DNA of 57,936 bases from Nitrospinales bacterium (GCA_023248535.1 JAHFEJ010000009.1:1-57936); one strand, 5' to 3'; positions 1 through 9,693 are shown, counted from the stretch's first letter. Notes: generated by a model not told the origin, from the letters alone. A program made the numbers and translations.

Positions 1-22
1 TATCAATGAACGGAGGTGGACC

Positions 23-1246
23 GTGTTTTTAATATTGGCATACAAGAACCTGTGGCGCAATTTGCGCCGGACGGCGTTGGTCGAGCTTTCCATAATTTTC
101 GGCGTGCTGGTGATCGTTTGCACGGGGAATTTCCTTAACGGGATGCAGCGCAACTGGGCCTTGATGGAGATCAACTCCAATACGGGGGCCTTTCAGGTGG
201 AGCATCGGGATTATCAGGAAATGGGGAAGGCCGAACCGCTGAAGGTGACATTGGAAAACGCCGACGCGCTGGTTGATAAAATCGGCAAAATGCCGGGCGT
301 TCACGGGGCTTTCGGGAAACTGAAATTCACCGGCATGGTGAGCAGCGGCCTCAAGAGCACGTTTTTCGACGGGGTGGCCGTGGACGTTGTCCGGCAGAAG
401 GAGACCCTGTTCACGCAGGAGAACCTGATCGTGCGGGGGAAGCCGCTGGATGAAACGCCCGGCGGAGTCATCTTGGGGGCCGACCTCGCCGATTCCCTCG
501 GCATAAAAATCGGCGATTCGGTGACGATCGTGGTGCAGACCTTCCACGGCGGGCTGAACCTTACCTACGGAACCCTGGTGGGGACGAAGAACGGGCGGCA
601 TTTTCCTTCGGCCACGTATCTGGAGGTGCGGCTGGACGAAGCCCAGAAGCTGCTCAGGGTGTCCGGCCGCGTTTCGCAGGTGGTGGCCGGAGCGGCGGAT
701 TTCGATGGTATCCCCGCGCTGGCGGAAAAGGTGAACGCGGAGTTACGCGGTGAAAAAACGCCGTTTGTGATACGGAACTATCCCGAGCTTATCCCCAATT
801 ACTCCCGCGGGATCGCATCGTTCAAGCTTGTTTCCAGGATCGTCGGTTTTGTGCTGTTTGTGCTGGTCGGCGGCGGGATCGGCAACGTGATGGCGATGGC
901 GGTGATGGAACGGAAAAGGGAGATAGGGACGATGCGCGCCATGGGGATGGAAAAAAACCAGGTGCGGCGGCTGTTCCTCGCCGAAGGGTTTATCGTTGGC
1001 GGGGTCGGCGCCGTGGCGGGATTGATTTTGGCAAGCGCGCTGACCCTGCTGGTCGCGGCGCATGGCGGGGTGCCTCTGCCTCCGCCGCCGGGAACCAACG
1101 AGGCTATCTCCATTGTTCCGGTGATCGATCCGGTGATGAGCGTTTTTGGCGTCGTTATGCCCTTTTTGGTGGGCTTGTTCGCGGCGTGGTGGCCGGCATC
1201 GGCATCGGCGAATATGAGTCCGGTACAGGCTTTAACGGAGGTGTGA
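23..1246 (+). CDS. ABC transporter permease, FtsX/MacB-LolC type
   Basis: 407-aa ORF with GTG start at 23, preceded by GGAGGTGG. N-terminal 'ILAYKNLWRNLRRT' followed by TM1, then a ~230-aa extracytoplasmic domain and a C-terminal three-TM FtsX-like block ('REIGTMRAMGM'). Confidence 0.85.
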   Translation: MFLILAYKNLWRNLRRTALVELSIIFGVLVIVCTGNFLNGMQRNWALMEINSNTGAFQVEHRDYQEMGKAEPLKVTLENADALVDKIGKMPGVHGAFGKLKFTGMVSSGLKSTFFDGVAVDVVRQKETLFTQENLIVRGKPLDETPGGVILGADLADSLGIKIGDSVTIVVQTFHGGLNLTYGTLVGTKNGRHFPSATYLEVRLDEAQKLLRVSGRVSQVVAGAADFDGIPALAEKVNAELRGEKTPFVIRNYPELIPNYSRGIASFKLVSRIVGFVLFVLVGGGIGNVMAMAVMERKREIGTMRAMGMEKNQVRRLFLAEGFIVGGVGAVAGLILASALTLLVAAHGGVPLPPPPGTNEAISIVPVIDPVMSVFGVVMPFLVGLFAAWWPASASANMSPVQALTEV

Positions 1247-1248
1247 TC

Positions 1249-2016
1249 ATGAAACGTATACGGCTTATGGCGATGCTGGTTATGGCGGGCATGGCGCTTG
1301 CCGCCACGCCGCGGATGAGTTATGCGGGCGATGCGGGGGCGTCCGCGCTGGAGATATTGGACCGGGCGGACGACCACTGGGACCTGAACCTCAGGAACTC
1401 CCTCGTGGAGATGGAGCTGCTGGTCTACCGCGAAAATGAACTGCGCACCACGTACAAGATGAACCTGAGGTATCAGGACAATTACCACGTGCTTGCCGAA
1501 ACCACCTATCCGCCGCGCAACGAGGGGGAAAAGATGTTGCAGGCGGGGAAAAGGAACTACTGGCTGTTTCTGCCGAACATCAACAAGGCGGTGAAAATAT
1601 CGGAATCGAACAGCCTGTCGAACAGCGATTTTTCCAATACGGACATACTCTCCCCGCGCCTGAGCGCCGAGTACGCGCCTAGTATCGCCGGCACGGAGAA
1701 ACTGAACGGCGTGGAGACGTATAAACTCGAACTGCTGGCGAAAAGCGAGGACACCCCGTACGCCAAGATCGTGTATTGGGTGCGCAAAAGCGATTTTGCC
1801 CCCCTCCGGCGCGACTATTACACGTTTTCCCAACAGCTTCTCAAGCGGCTGGACATGCGCTCCGCCGCCAAGGGGATGAACGGAATGCCGGATACGTTTG
1901 TGATGAGCAGCGTTCTGGAAAAGGACAAGAAGACCGTGCTCCGGTTCCTCAAGTACACCCCGAAAGTTGCATATCAGGAGGATACCTTTTCCCCCGGCGC
2001 GCTGATGAAACGGTGA
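1249..2016 (+). CDS. LolA-like outer-membrane lipoprotein-sorting family protein (exported)
   Basis: ATG at 1249, 2 nt after the upstream stop. Signal peptide 'MKRIRLMAMLVMAGMALAATPRMSYA'. At ~255 aa the size and the 'RNYWLFLPNINKAVKIS' region fit the LolA_like/DUF1329-type family as I recall it. Confidence 0.6.
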   Translation: MKRIRLMAMLVMAGMALAATPRMSYAGDAGASALEILDRADDHWDLNLRNSLVEMELLVYRENELRTTYKMNLRYQDNYHVLAETTYPPRNEGEKMLQAGKRNYWLFLPNINKAVKISESNSLSNSDFSNTDILSPRLSAEYAPSIAGTEKLNGVETYKLELLAKSEDTPYAKIVYWVRKSDFAPLRRDYYTFSQQLLKRLDMRSAAKGMNGMPDTFVMSSVLEKDKKTVLRFLKYTPKVAYQEDTFSPGALMKR

Positions 2017-2044
2017 GGGCCGGGGATGTGGCGTGGAGGATGCT

Positions 2045-3367
2045 ATGAAAAAGAGTTACGCATTCCTTTTGGCGGTCTGGATTTTGGCGGGCGGGCCGTG
2101 GTTATCGGTTGCCGATGCCGCCGGTGCGGAAGAGCCATTCGGGGCGGAAGACCCGTTTTCCGTGCTCGAAGGCGCGCAAGGAATGCAGGTTGATAGCCCG
2201 GCTCCGCAAAAAACCGGGCGCAAACCGGAGGTAAGGGCTGAGGTGTTTTTTAAAGGGTACGAGGCGGATATCAGCAACGCCTCCCGCATCAATCCGGGCA
2301 ACCGCATTCAGGACTTGAAGGAGTTCACCGGCTCCGTCGAAACGCGCATGACGGTGGCGGACTATCTCAACCGGCAAGAGACGGTCCGTTGGCTGTTCAA
2401 AGGATTCGCGGCCGGGTCGAATTACCACCTGGCGGACGGCACGCCGCGCAACAAGGAGGCGCGTGTCGATGAGCTGTTCGTGGACTGGAAAGGGGATGAT
2501 TTATTCGTGAGCATCGGCAAGCGGCGTATCAACTGGGGCCATGCGCGGGGATTCAATCCGGTGAATGCCGTGGCGCCGCCCAGAGACCCCATCAACCCCA
2601 ATTACCAGACCGAGGGACGGCCGATGATATGGGGCAGCCTCCGCGGCGCGCAGGGAACCGTTGATGTAATTCTCACGCGCAACTACGACGGGAATTGGAA
2701 CAGCGACCAGAACCGCTGGGGATTGAAGTGGGGGGGCGCGCGGGGCGATACCGACTACGCTTTGTATTATTTCGATGGCGCTCCCTATCCTGATGGCAGG
2801 GCCTATGAGCGAATGGCAGGCGCCTCTTTTACCGCCGTTGCGGCCCCGGGGATCACGCTCTATATGGAGGCGGCGGGAGTTGAGCGGAATTACCGGAACT
2901 ATTATGCGCCAAACGGCGGCATACAGCGCAAAAGCGGCGGGTTCTTTCAGGGCGTTATCGGTTCGTCGCTCGACATGGGCGGCAAATCGGGACTGTTTGT
3001 TGAATATTTCTTTAACGGCCAAGGGTATTCCGGGGATGAGCGTATCAACTATCTGCAAACTGCCGATGCGCGCCTGGGAAACGGTTCCGATAAAACGTTG
3101 ATGGAGGATTTTACCGCGCTTGCCATGAACCGGAGCTACATCCTGGCGAGCCTCAATAAGGAATTCCGCGAAAAATACACCTTCGCTCTCAGCGTACTCA
3201 TGGCCGGGGACAGCTCTTCATCGACACGGGCGGAGGTTGCTTATGCGCTTTCGGATTATTACGAGGCGCGGATGGTTTATCTGTACAACGCGGGCGGCCG
3301 GGATACCGAATTCGGCAACAGCCCGTACAAGGGATTATTCGAGATCGGGATCAAGGCAAGTTTTTAA
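2045..3367 (+). CDS. predicted outer-membrane beta-barrel protein (DUF1302-like)
   Basis: Signal peptide 'MKKSYAFLLAVWILAGGPWLSVADA'. 'VSIGKRRINWGHARGFNPVN' resembles the conserved G-x-Q-x3-WG...N-x2-NP block of DUF1302 barrels. Gly/Tyr/Asn-rich strands and a C-terminal '...IGIKASF' aromatic end. Confidence 0.55.
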   Translation: MKKSYAFLLAVWILAGGPWLSVADAAGAEEPFGAEDPFSVLEGAQGMQVDSPAPQKTGRKPEVRAEVFFKGYEADISNASRINPGNRIQDLKEFTGSVETRMTVADYLNRQETVRWLFKGFAAGSNYHLADGTPRNKEARVDELFVDWKGDDLFVSIGKRRINWGHARGFNPVNAVAPPRDPINPNYQTEGRPMIWGSLRGAQGTVDVILTRNYDGNWNSDQNRWGLKWGGARGDTDYALYYFDGAPYPDGRAYERMAGASFTAVAAPGITLYMEAAGVERNYRNYYAPNGGIQRKSGGFFQGVIGSSLDMGGKSGLFVEYFFNGQGYSGDERINYLQTADARLGNGSDKTLMEDFTALAMNRSYILASLNKEFREKYTFALSVLMAGDSSSSTRAEVAYALSDYYEARMVYLYNAGGRDTEFGNSPYKGLFEIGIKASF

Positions 3368-3381
3368 CCAAGGAGGAATTT

Positions 3382-4059
3382 ATGGATATCAGGTTGAACT
3401 CGGTTAGCAAGGAATACAAACTCGGACGGACAACGGTGCATGCACTGAGCGAGGCGTCTATGGTGGTGGAGCAGGGGGAATTTGTCACCATCGTCGGCCC
3501 TTCCGGCAGCGGCAAGTCCACGCTGTTGCACTTGTTGGGCGCGCTGGACCAGCCGACTTCCGGCGAAATCCTGATGGACGGCGTGCAGGTGAACAATTTG
3601 GACGACAGCCGCCTTGCCCAAATACGCCGTGACAACATCGGTTTTATTTTCCAGTCGTTCAACCTGATTCCGGTGCTGAGCGTCTTTGGCAATGTTGAAT
3701 TTCCCCTGTTGCTGAAAAAGGTGCCGAAGGAAGAGCGGCGGGAGCGCGTGTACGCCATACTGGGGCGCGTGGGGCTGAGTGAAAGGGCCGGCCATAAGAC
3801 CGAGGAATTGAGCGGCGGCCAACGCCAGCGTGTGGCGATAGCCCGCGCGCTGGTCACCAACCCGGGCATCATCCTCTCCGACGAGCCGACCGCAAACCTC
3901 GACTCGAAGACGGGAAAAGAGATTATCGAGTTGATGCGCCGCCTCAATGCCAACCAGAAAGTAACGCTGGTCTTCGCCACCCACGACCCCAACATCGTCG
4001 CCGGCGCGCGCCGCGTGGTAAGGATACTCGATGGAAAGATCCAGGATGGCGAAATATGA
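3382..4059 (+). CDS. ABC transporter ATP-binding protein (MacB/LolD-like)
   Basis: Walker A 'GPSGSGKST', signature 'LSGGQRQRVAIARAL', Walker B 'IILSDEPTANLD', H-loop 'ATHD'. AAGGAGG RBS. Confidence 0.95.
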   Translation: MDIRLNSVSKEYKLGRTTVHALSEASMVVEQGEFVTIVGPSGSGKSTLLHLLGALDQPTSGEILMDGVQVNNLDDSRLAQIRRDNIGFIFQSFNLIPVLSVFGNVEFPLLLKKVPKEERRERVYAILGRVGLSERAGHKTEELSGGQRQRVAIARALVTNPGIILSDEPTANLDSKTGKEIIELMRRLNANQKVTLVFATHDPNIVAGARRVVRILDGKIQDGEI

Positions 4060-4216
4060 AAACCGTGTTTGGGTGTATCCTTTTGCATTTAGCGTTCCCA
4101 AAGCCATTTGCATGCCTTATATTATTCGATCAATAGGGGCAATTCAGGGATATGCCCAAGTGCTGCGTTTTTATTGGTGAGGCCGTGAATTATTCGGAGT
4201 GGCCGGAGAAGGAAGA

Positions 4217-4795
4217 ATGAATACGGAAGAGATGGGCGAGTCCTTAAAAAAAGTTGAAGAGGCTCTCCACGAGATACACGTGGCGGAAAACCGGGAACAG
4301 TGGCTTTCGTGGCTTTCCCTTTCCACCGCCATCATCGCCGTGTTCGCCGCGATAGTGGGGCTGTTTGAAACCCAGGCGACCTCCCGGACGCTGCTGGAGA
4401 AGAATGACGCGATCCTCCTGCAAAGCAGGGCGAGCGACCAGTGGAGCTACTATCAGGCCAAAAGCATCAAGGGGCACATCTACGAAGTGAACGCCGGGCT
4501 GTTCCCCGCGAAACAAGAAGAGTTTCAGAAAATGACCGGGAAATACGACCAGGAGAAAAAGGAAATAAAAGAGAAAGCCGAATCGCTGGAAAAACAGTCG
4601 GAAGAAAGATCGGCGGCCAGCGAAAAATATTTTGAGCAGCACCATGTCTTCGCCGTCGCGGAAACCTTTTTGGGGATATCCATTGCCGTTGCCTCCATCG
4701 CCGCCCTTACCCGCAAAAAAATGGCGTGGTACTTTTCGCTGGGGCTGTCGGGTTGCGGGGTGGCGGCGTTCGTTTTCGGCTATTTCGCCAGATAA
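4217..4795 (+). CDS. DUF4337 family membrane protein
   Basis: 'ASDQWSYYQAKSIKG' matches the DQW.YYQAK core I associate with DUF4337. Two TM helices flank a Lys/Glu-rich coiled region. The start may instead be GTG 4199. Confidence 0.6.
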   Translation: MNTEEMGESLKKVEEALHEIHVAENREQWLSWLSLSTAIIAVFAAIVGLFETQATSRTLLEKNDAILLQSRASDQWSYYQAKSIKGHIYEVNAGLFPAKQEEFQKMTGKYDQEKKEIKEKAESLEKQSEERSAASEKYFEQHHVFAVAETFLGISIAVASIAALTRKKMAWYFSLGLSGCGVAAFVFGYFAR

Positions 4796-4801
4796 CCGTT
4801 T

Positions 4802-4835
4802 CGGCGGGTTCTCCCCGCCGGCATCTTAATTTCGG
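4802..4835 (+). terminator. putative intrinsic terminator after the DUF4337 gene
   Basis: CGGCGGG (4802-4808) / CCCGCCG (4814-4820) form a 7-bp GC stem with a 5-nt loop, followed by a moderately T-rich tract. Confidence 0.45.
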
Positions 4836-4958
4836 TTGGTGGTGGCCTTTAGGCCATTTGCGGGGTATATTCACATGACGTCGCAAACTGTTTCGTATTG
4901 GAGATGAAGGAGGGATAAGTCCCGCCAATACCTGATATTTGCCCTTGAGGGGTGATAC

Positions 4959-6104
4959 TTGAGTTATCTGGCAAAAAAAGACGTATCGGCCCTTTTGGAA
5001 TGCGCGCGGATCATGTATGCGGGAGTGGGGCGCGCGGATTTCCACATCCATGTCATCACGGCTTTAAAGCGGGCGTTTTCCTCCACCGTGGCTTTATGGG
5101 CGCGGATGGATGTTGATGGCGCGGGACCGCCCGCCATGACCGTCTATTCATATCCGTTAGGGTATTTTCCCCCCACGTTCTGCCACGATTTATCGGCGCT
5201 TGCCCATTACCACCCGGCGTTTATAGTGCCGGCGCTCGCGCGCGGCTTGCCGCTTCCTAAAGAATGCATGCGGCCAATACGCAAGAAATTCTCGCGCGGG
5301 CTTTTGGCCCAGAGGGCGGTGCGTATCTCCGATGCTGAAAGCAGGGCGCAATTTCGCGGTACGCCGCTTTACCAGGAGCTTTTCCGGCCGCTTGGCCTGG
5401 AGTTCCAGATGGGGTTTTTCTCCATGCGGGAGGACGCTTGGATGGGAGCCGTCATCTTTTGCCGCGACCGCGTGGATTTTTCGGAGCGGGAGAGACGGAT
5501 GCTGGACATGCTGGTCCCGCACATTAGGCGCGCTTTCGCCCACGACAAGGCCGTCACTCTGCGCGAACCGGGCGGGCTTTCGTCCGCCGTCGCTTCAGCG
5601 CCGAATATTTACGAATGCAACGCGCTGGCCGTAAGCCCCTCCGGCGGCCTAAAGTTTTGCACCGGCGGGGCAAAGCTCCTTTTGGAAAAACATTTTGGAG
5701 AGCGGGCCGTATCCCGCGGCCGGTTGCCCAGCGCCATCATGGAGTGCTTTGCAGCCGACGAGCGGGGCGGTATCCTGTTGTCCGTGCCGGGGCCTTTTGC
5801 TTTAAAGTCCCGTCATGGCGGACTTTCCGCGCTTGTGGGCGCCAACGGCCCGGATGGCGCGATCCCGCTTTATCTTTATGAAGCCGTTCCCCCGGCCCGC
5901 GCACGCGCTACGCTTACGGATCGCCAGAGCGACGTTCTTTATTGGGTCGCCTCCGGGAAGACCAACAAGGACATCGCCCAGATACTCGCTATAAGCCCTC
6001 TTACGGTGCGCGCCCATCTGGAACATATTTATAAAAAACTCGGCGTGGAAAACCGCACCGCCGCCGCGGCCTTCGCCACAAGCCCGTCCCCCGTCAATCA
6101 ATAA
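4959..6104 (+). CDS. LuxR-family transcriptional regulator with a ~300-aa uncharacterised N-terminal domain
   Basis: C-terminal HTH 'LTDRQSDVLYWVASGKTNKDIAQILAISPLTVRAHLEHIYKKLGVENR'. TTG start at 4959 with GAGGGG 6 nt upstream; ATG 5013 is an alternative. Confidence 0.8.
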   Translation: MSYLAKKDVSALLECARIMYAGVGRADFHIHVITALKRAFSSTVALWARMDVDGAGPPAMTVYSYPLGYFPPTFCHDLSALAHYHPAFIVPALARGLPLPKECMRPIRKKFSRGLLAQRAVRISDAESRAQFRGTPLYQELFRPLGLEFQMGFFSMREDAWMGAVIFCRDRVDFSERERRMLDMLVPHIRRAFAHDKAVTLREPGGLSSAVASAPNIYECNALAVSPSGGLKFCTGGAKLLLEKHFGERAVSRGRLPSAIMECFAADERGGILLSVPGPFALKSRHGGLSALVGANGPDGAIPLYLYEAVPPARARATLTDRQSDVLYWVASGKTNKDIAQILAISPLTVRAHLEHIYKKLGVENRTAAAAFATSPSPVNQ

Positions 6105-6316
6105 AATTCACTTGATGGCGGGGAATATCCCGGATTCATTGCTGGGCGCGACATATGACAAACGTCCTATTTACGTTCCGCGCGGGGAGTTGTTTAATGC
6201 GCCTTATGGGCCGCCAGTCAAGAACTTCTACTAAGGTAAGAAGAGGCCTTATCGGAAGTCTACCGGGTATATCCGTTTGATTCTCTAAAGCTATTGCATA
6301 TTGCAAGGAGGCTTGG

Positions 6317-7543
6317 GTGAAATATTCTATATCGAAAAGCGTGGCAGTCTTTGGACTCGTCTCGGTTTTATTCCTCGGTTGTAGCGGTGGCGGATCCACC
6401 GGCGCCCCCGTACCTCTAAAAAGCTCCGATCCCTGTATAAACGCCGCAAGCAAATGGGCGCTGTGGACCAACGGCGCCTGCCTTAGGGGAGCGAACATCG
6501 GCTTATCCGTTAGGGATGCCGTAGACACATGGCCGGATCTTGTCGGCCCGCCGTACACGCAGGTTGATTTCGACAATTTGGCCGCCATGGGGGCGAACGT
6601 GGTGAACATATCCGGTCCGGGACTTTGGACGCAAACTCCGCCGTACCAACTGGACTTGCAGGTGCAGGCCAGCCTTGACAACATCCTGGCAATGATTCAA
6701 AAGGCCAACATGTTTGCGGTGATAACAGCCAGGATGGGGCCCGGAAGACTGGAACTCGATTTTCAAACCGCCAAACCGGCCGTGGTTTGGACGGACGCGG
6801 CCGCCCAGCAGGGATGGGTGGATATGTGGCGCTACATGGCGAACCGGTATAAGAACAACCCCATAGTGATCGGATATGACCTGATGGTCGAGCCGAACGC
6901 CAATACCGTTCAATTCCAGCCCGCTACGTTAGACACCCCCGGGTTATTTTACCCGCAATACGCCAACACGCTTTACGACTGGAACCCGCTGGCGAAAAAA
7001 ATAACCGGCGCCATCCGGCTGGTGGACAAGGACACGCCGATATTGGTTGGCGGCATGGGCTATAGCGCCGCTACATGGCTCGGCGCCATCGTTTCCACCG
7101 GCGACTCCAAGACCGTTTACATGGCCCACCAATACGAGCCGCAAGCGCTATATACCCATCAGCCCGCTCCTTACGCCAACACGTACGGCACATCTTCGGG
7201 TACATTCACGCGCGCGGATCTGCTTACGCAATTCGCATACCTGGCCTCGTTCAAGGCTGCGCGGGGCGTACCCGTCGGCGTAAATGAATTCGGCGGCATG
7301 CGGTTTCAACCCGGCATGGATCAATTCCTGAACGATGAAATGGACCTGTTCGAAACGAACGGCATCAACTACTCCATTTGGCTTTGGGAAACCAGTTGGG
7401 CGGGACTCACTTACGACCAGTTTAACTACAGAAGGGGGATGGATCCGAACAACCACATTGACGTAAGCCCCAACCCCCTAACGACAGTGATTAAAAAATA
7501 TTTCAGGAAAAATACCGTATTTCCCTTGAACAGGAGTTACTGA
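6317..7543 (+). CDS. glycoside hydrolase, clan GH-A / family 5-like lipoprotein
   Basis: GTG start after AAGGAGG. Lipobox 'VLFLGC'. Contains 'NNPIVIGYDLMVEPN' (acid/base Glu region), 'MAHQYEP' and 'VGVNEFGG' (nucleophile Glu region). Confidence 0.7.
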   Translation: MKYSISKSVAVFGLVSVLFLGCSGGGSTGAPVPLKSSDPCINAASKWALWTNGACLRGANIGLSVRDAVDTWPDLVGPPYTQVDFDNLAAMGANVVNISGPGLWTQTPPYQLDLQVQASLDNILAMIQKANMFAVITARMGPGRLELDFQTAKPAVVWTDAAAQQGWVDMWRYMANRYKNNPIVIGYDLMVEPNANTVQFQPATLDTPGLFYPQYANTLYDWNPLAKKITGAIRLVDKDTPILVGGMGYSAATWLGAIVSTGDSKTVYMAHQYEPQALYTHQPAPYANTYGTSSGTFTRADLLTQFAYLASFKAARGVPVGVNEFGGMRFQPGMDQFLNDEMDLFETNGINYSIWLWETSWAGLTYDQFNYRRGMDPNNHIDVSPNPLTTVIKKYFRKNTVFPLNRSY

Positions 7544-9693
7544 TGAAAGTAAATTCTAAAATGAGCGTGGGGGGAATGGTATTCATAAAGAACGCTGTAT
7601 TGCGAAGCACGGCGGTCTTTGGCCTCGTTTTGTTTTTATTCCCCGGTTGCGGCGGAGGCGATGGTTCCTCCACGCCACATTCCGGCACGGGCACCGCTCC
7701 CGCCGTAGGGCCTAATACGAGTTTTGTGGCGCCGAACGGGAATGATTCCAATCCGGGAACGATCGGTCAACCTTATCTCACAATTCAAAAATGCGCCACA
7801 ACCGTTGCCAGCGGATGGACTTGCCAGATTCGCGCTGGAACATACCATGAGACGGTGACGCCCAATTCAGGGATAGTTCTTACCTCCTATAACGGGGAAT
7901 CGGTGACTATCGATGGCAGTGATTCGGTGACCGGTTGGACACTTCATCAGGGCTCAATTTATAAGGCTAGTGCAAACCTCTCTTCCGGGGATACGAACCA
8001 ACTATTTGTCGGGCAGCAGATGATGACCGAGGCCCGGTGGCCTAATGGAGACGACCTTTTCCACGTTAATTGGGCCACGGCGCAATCGGGCACCACTACG
8101 ACTCAACTCGTTGACTCCAACTTGCCAAATATTAATTGGACTGGAGCGAAGATTCATCTTTGGAGCGGCACCGACCCGTGGGCCCCGCAAACTGGCACAA
8201 TCACCGCTTCGCAAAATGGCCAGATGACCTTTAGCGTTGATGGTGCTTCCTGGCGCACTTACATAATTCCCCAGGTCGGCGGGTATTACTATTTATTTGG
8301 CAGCCTGGGAGCATTGGATACCCAGCGTGAATGGTTTTATGACAATAACACCAAAACTTTATATTTTTGGGCTCCGGGAGGCGCGAACCCTGGGACTCTG
8401 GATGTGCGCGCCAAGCAACGGCAGTTTGCTTTTGACTTGAGCGGAAAATCCAATGTGACGATCCAAAACCTTAACTTGTTTGCATGCACCATCACTAGCG
8501 ATTCTTCCAGCACGAAAAATACCATTAGCGGGATCACGGCAACCTACGTCTCGCACTTTACAACGCTCCCGGATAATCCTGGGCAGCCTTCTTCCTACTG
8601 GTTTGACCATCTTCAAGACAGCGGTATTGTAATCAATGGCTCTGGGAATATTTTGCAAAATAGCACCATTTCTTACAGTGCCGGAAATGGCGTTGCGCTT
8701 TTGGGAAGCAACAATGTTGTCAAAAACAATTTGATTCACCACGTTGATTACATAGCCAATGAGTCTGCCGGCATTACTTTATTCGGCACGGGTCAAGTCA
8801 TCCGGAACAACACTATATGGGCTAGCGGTCGTTATTCCATCTCCCCAAGTACAATGGGAATTTATTGGAACACCGCTCCCAATAATGCCGACATTAGTTA
8901 TAACAATGTATTCAATGCAATGATGCTTTCGCGTGACGGTGGTGAGATTTATTCCGGTGTTCCCCTGGCAGTCACTGGTAGCCGCATCCACCACAATTGG
9001 ATTCATGATACTAATTCACTCTATCCGGGGCCAGCGGACACTTATCCATTGTCAGGCGTTTATTTGGACGAGGCTAGCAGCGGATGGGAAGTAGATCAAA
9101 ACGTTTTGTGGAACAACCAGTACCACGATATTTTCTTGCATTACTCGACAAGCGGATACACGGGTCCAATGACCAGTAATGTCCATAACAATTCCATGCC
9201 TGACGTGGGTAACACGGCCTACATCTGGCTCCAGGATATTTCAAACTGCGGTAGCACGCAAGTTATCAACAATCTTGCCTTAGTTAGTGTGCTTCAAACG
9301 AATTCAAACTGTAACGTAACCAATAACAACTCCACGGCGCCAGGCGCAACGGAAATGACTGGGCCGGTTCAGGTGGGTTGCAATTTTGCCGGCTGTTCTT
9401 CTGATGGCCCACCGGCAATTTCGGGAGGATCGGTCTCTGCCTCGATAGTTTATTCGCCATACAATCTTAGTGTTTCCGCGGGGCAATCGGCCACTTTTAG
9501 CGTGATCGCGGCGGGGTCTGCGCCCATTGGTTATCAGTGGCGGAAGAATGGCGTAAATATCCTCGGCGCAACAAGCCCGAGTTATACGACACCAGCGGCT
9601 GTCTCTTCAGACAATGGCGCGGTATTTACCGTCCATGTTGGAAATTCTGTTGGAAGCGTTGATAGCGCCTCCGCGGTCCTTACGGTTAATTAA
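7543..9693 (+). CDS. right-handed parallel beta-helix repeat lipoprotein with C-terminal Ig-like domain
   Basis: Lipobox 'LFLFPGC'. PbH1-type repeats ('NNLIHHV', 'RNNTIWAS', 'IHHNWIHD'). The C-terminus 'YQWRKNGVNILGATSPSYTT...AVLTVN' is Ig-like. The true start may be ATG 7561 or 7576. Confidence 0.75.
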   Translation: MKVNSKMSVGGMVFIKNAVLRSTAVFGLVLFLFPGCGGGDGSSTPHSGTGTAPAVGPNTSFVAPNGNDSNPGTIGQPYLTIQKCATTVASGWTCQIRAGTYHETVTPNSGIVLTSYNGESVTIDGSDSVTGWTLHQGSIYKASANLSSGDTNQLFVGQQMMTEARWPNGDDLFHVNWATAQSGTTTTQLVDSNLPNINWTGAKIHLWSGTDPWAPQTGTITASQNGQMTFSVDGASWRTYIIPQVGGYYYLFGSLGALDTQREWFYDNNTKTLYFWAPGGANPGTLDVRAKQRQFAFDLSGKSNVTIQNLNLFACTITSDSSSTKNTISGITATYVSHFTTLPDNPGQPSSYWFDHLQDSGIVINGSGNILQNSTISYSAGNGVALLGSNNVVKNNLIHHVDYIANESAGITLFGTGQVIRNNTIWASGRYSISPSTMGIYWNTAPNNADISYNNVFNAMMLSRDGGEIYSGVPLAVTGSRIHHNWIHDTNSLYPGPADTYPLSGVYLDEASSGWEVDQNVLWNNQYHDIFLHYSTSGYTGPMTSNVHNNSMPDVGNTAYIWLQDISNCGSTQVINNLALVSVLQTNSNCNVTNNNSTAPGATEMTGPVQVGCNFAGCSSDGPPAISGGSVSASIVYSPYNLSVSAGQSATFSVIAAGSAPIGYQWRKNGVNILGATSPSYTTPAAVSSDNGAVFTVHVGNSVGSVDSASAVLTVN

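Noticed and set aside
799-1833. 344-aa minus-strand ORF spanning the permease/LolA-like gene junction
   Set aside because: It is antisense to two well-supported + strand genes and has Arg/Pro/Gly/His-rich low-complexity composition, typical of shadow ORFs in GC-rich DNA. It has no RBS and no recognisable motifs.
6136-6684. 182-aa minus-strand ORF overlapping the GH5-like gene start and its upstream region
   Set aside because: It overlaps the well-supported lipoprotein gene in antisense and has no RBS or motifs. The intergenic part more plausibly holds the GH5 promoter and the TTGCA-TAT-TGCAA inverted repeat (6294-6306).
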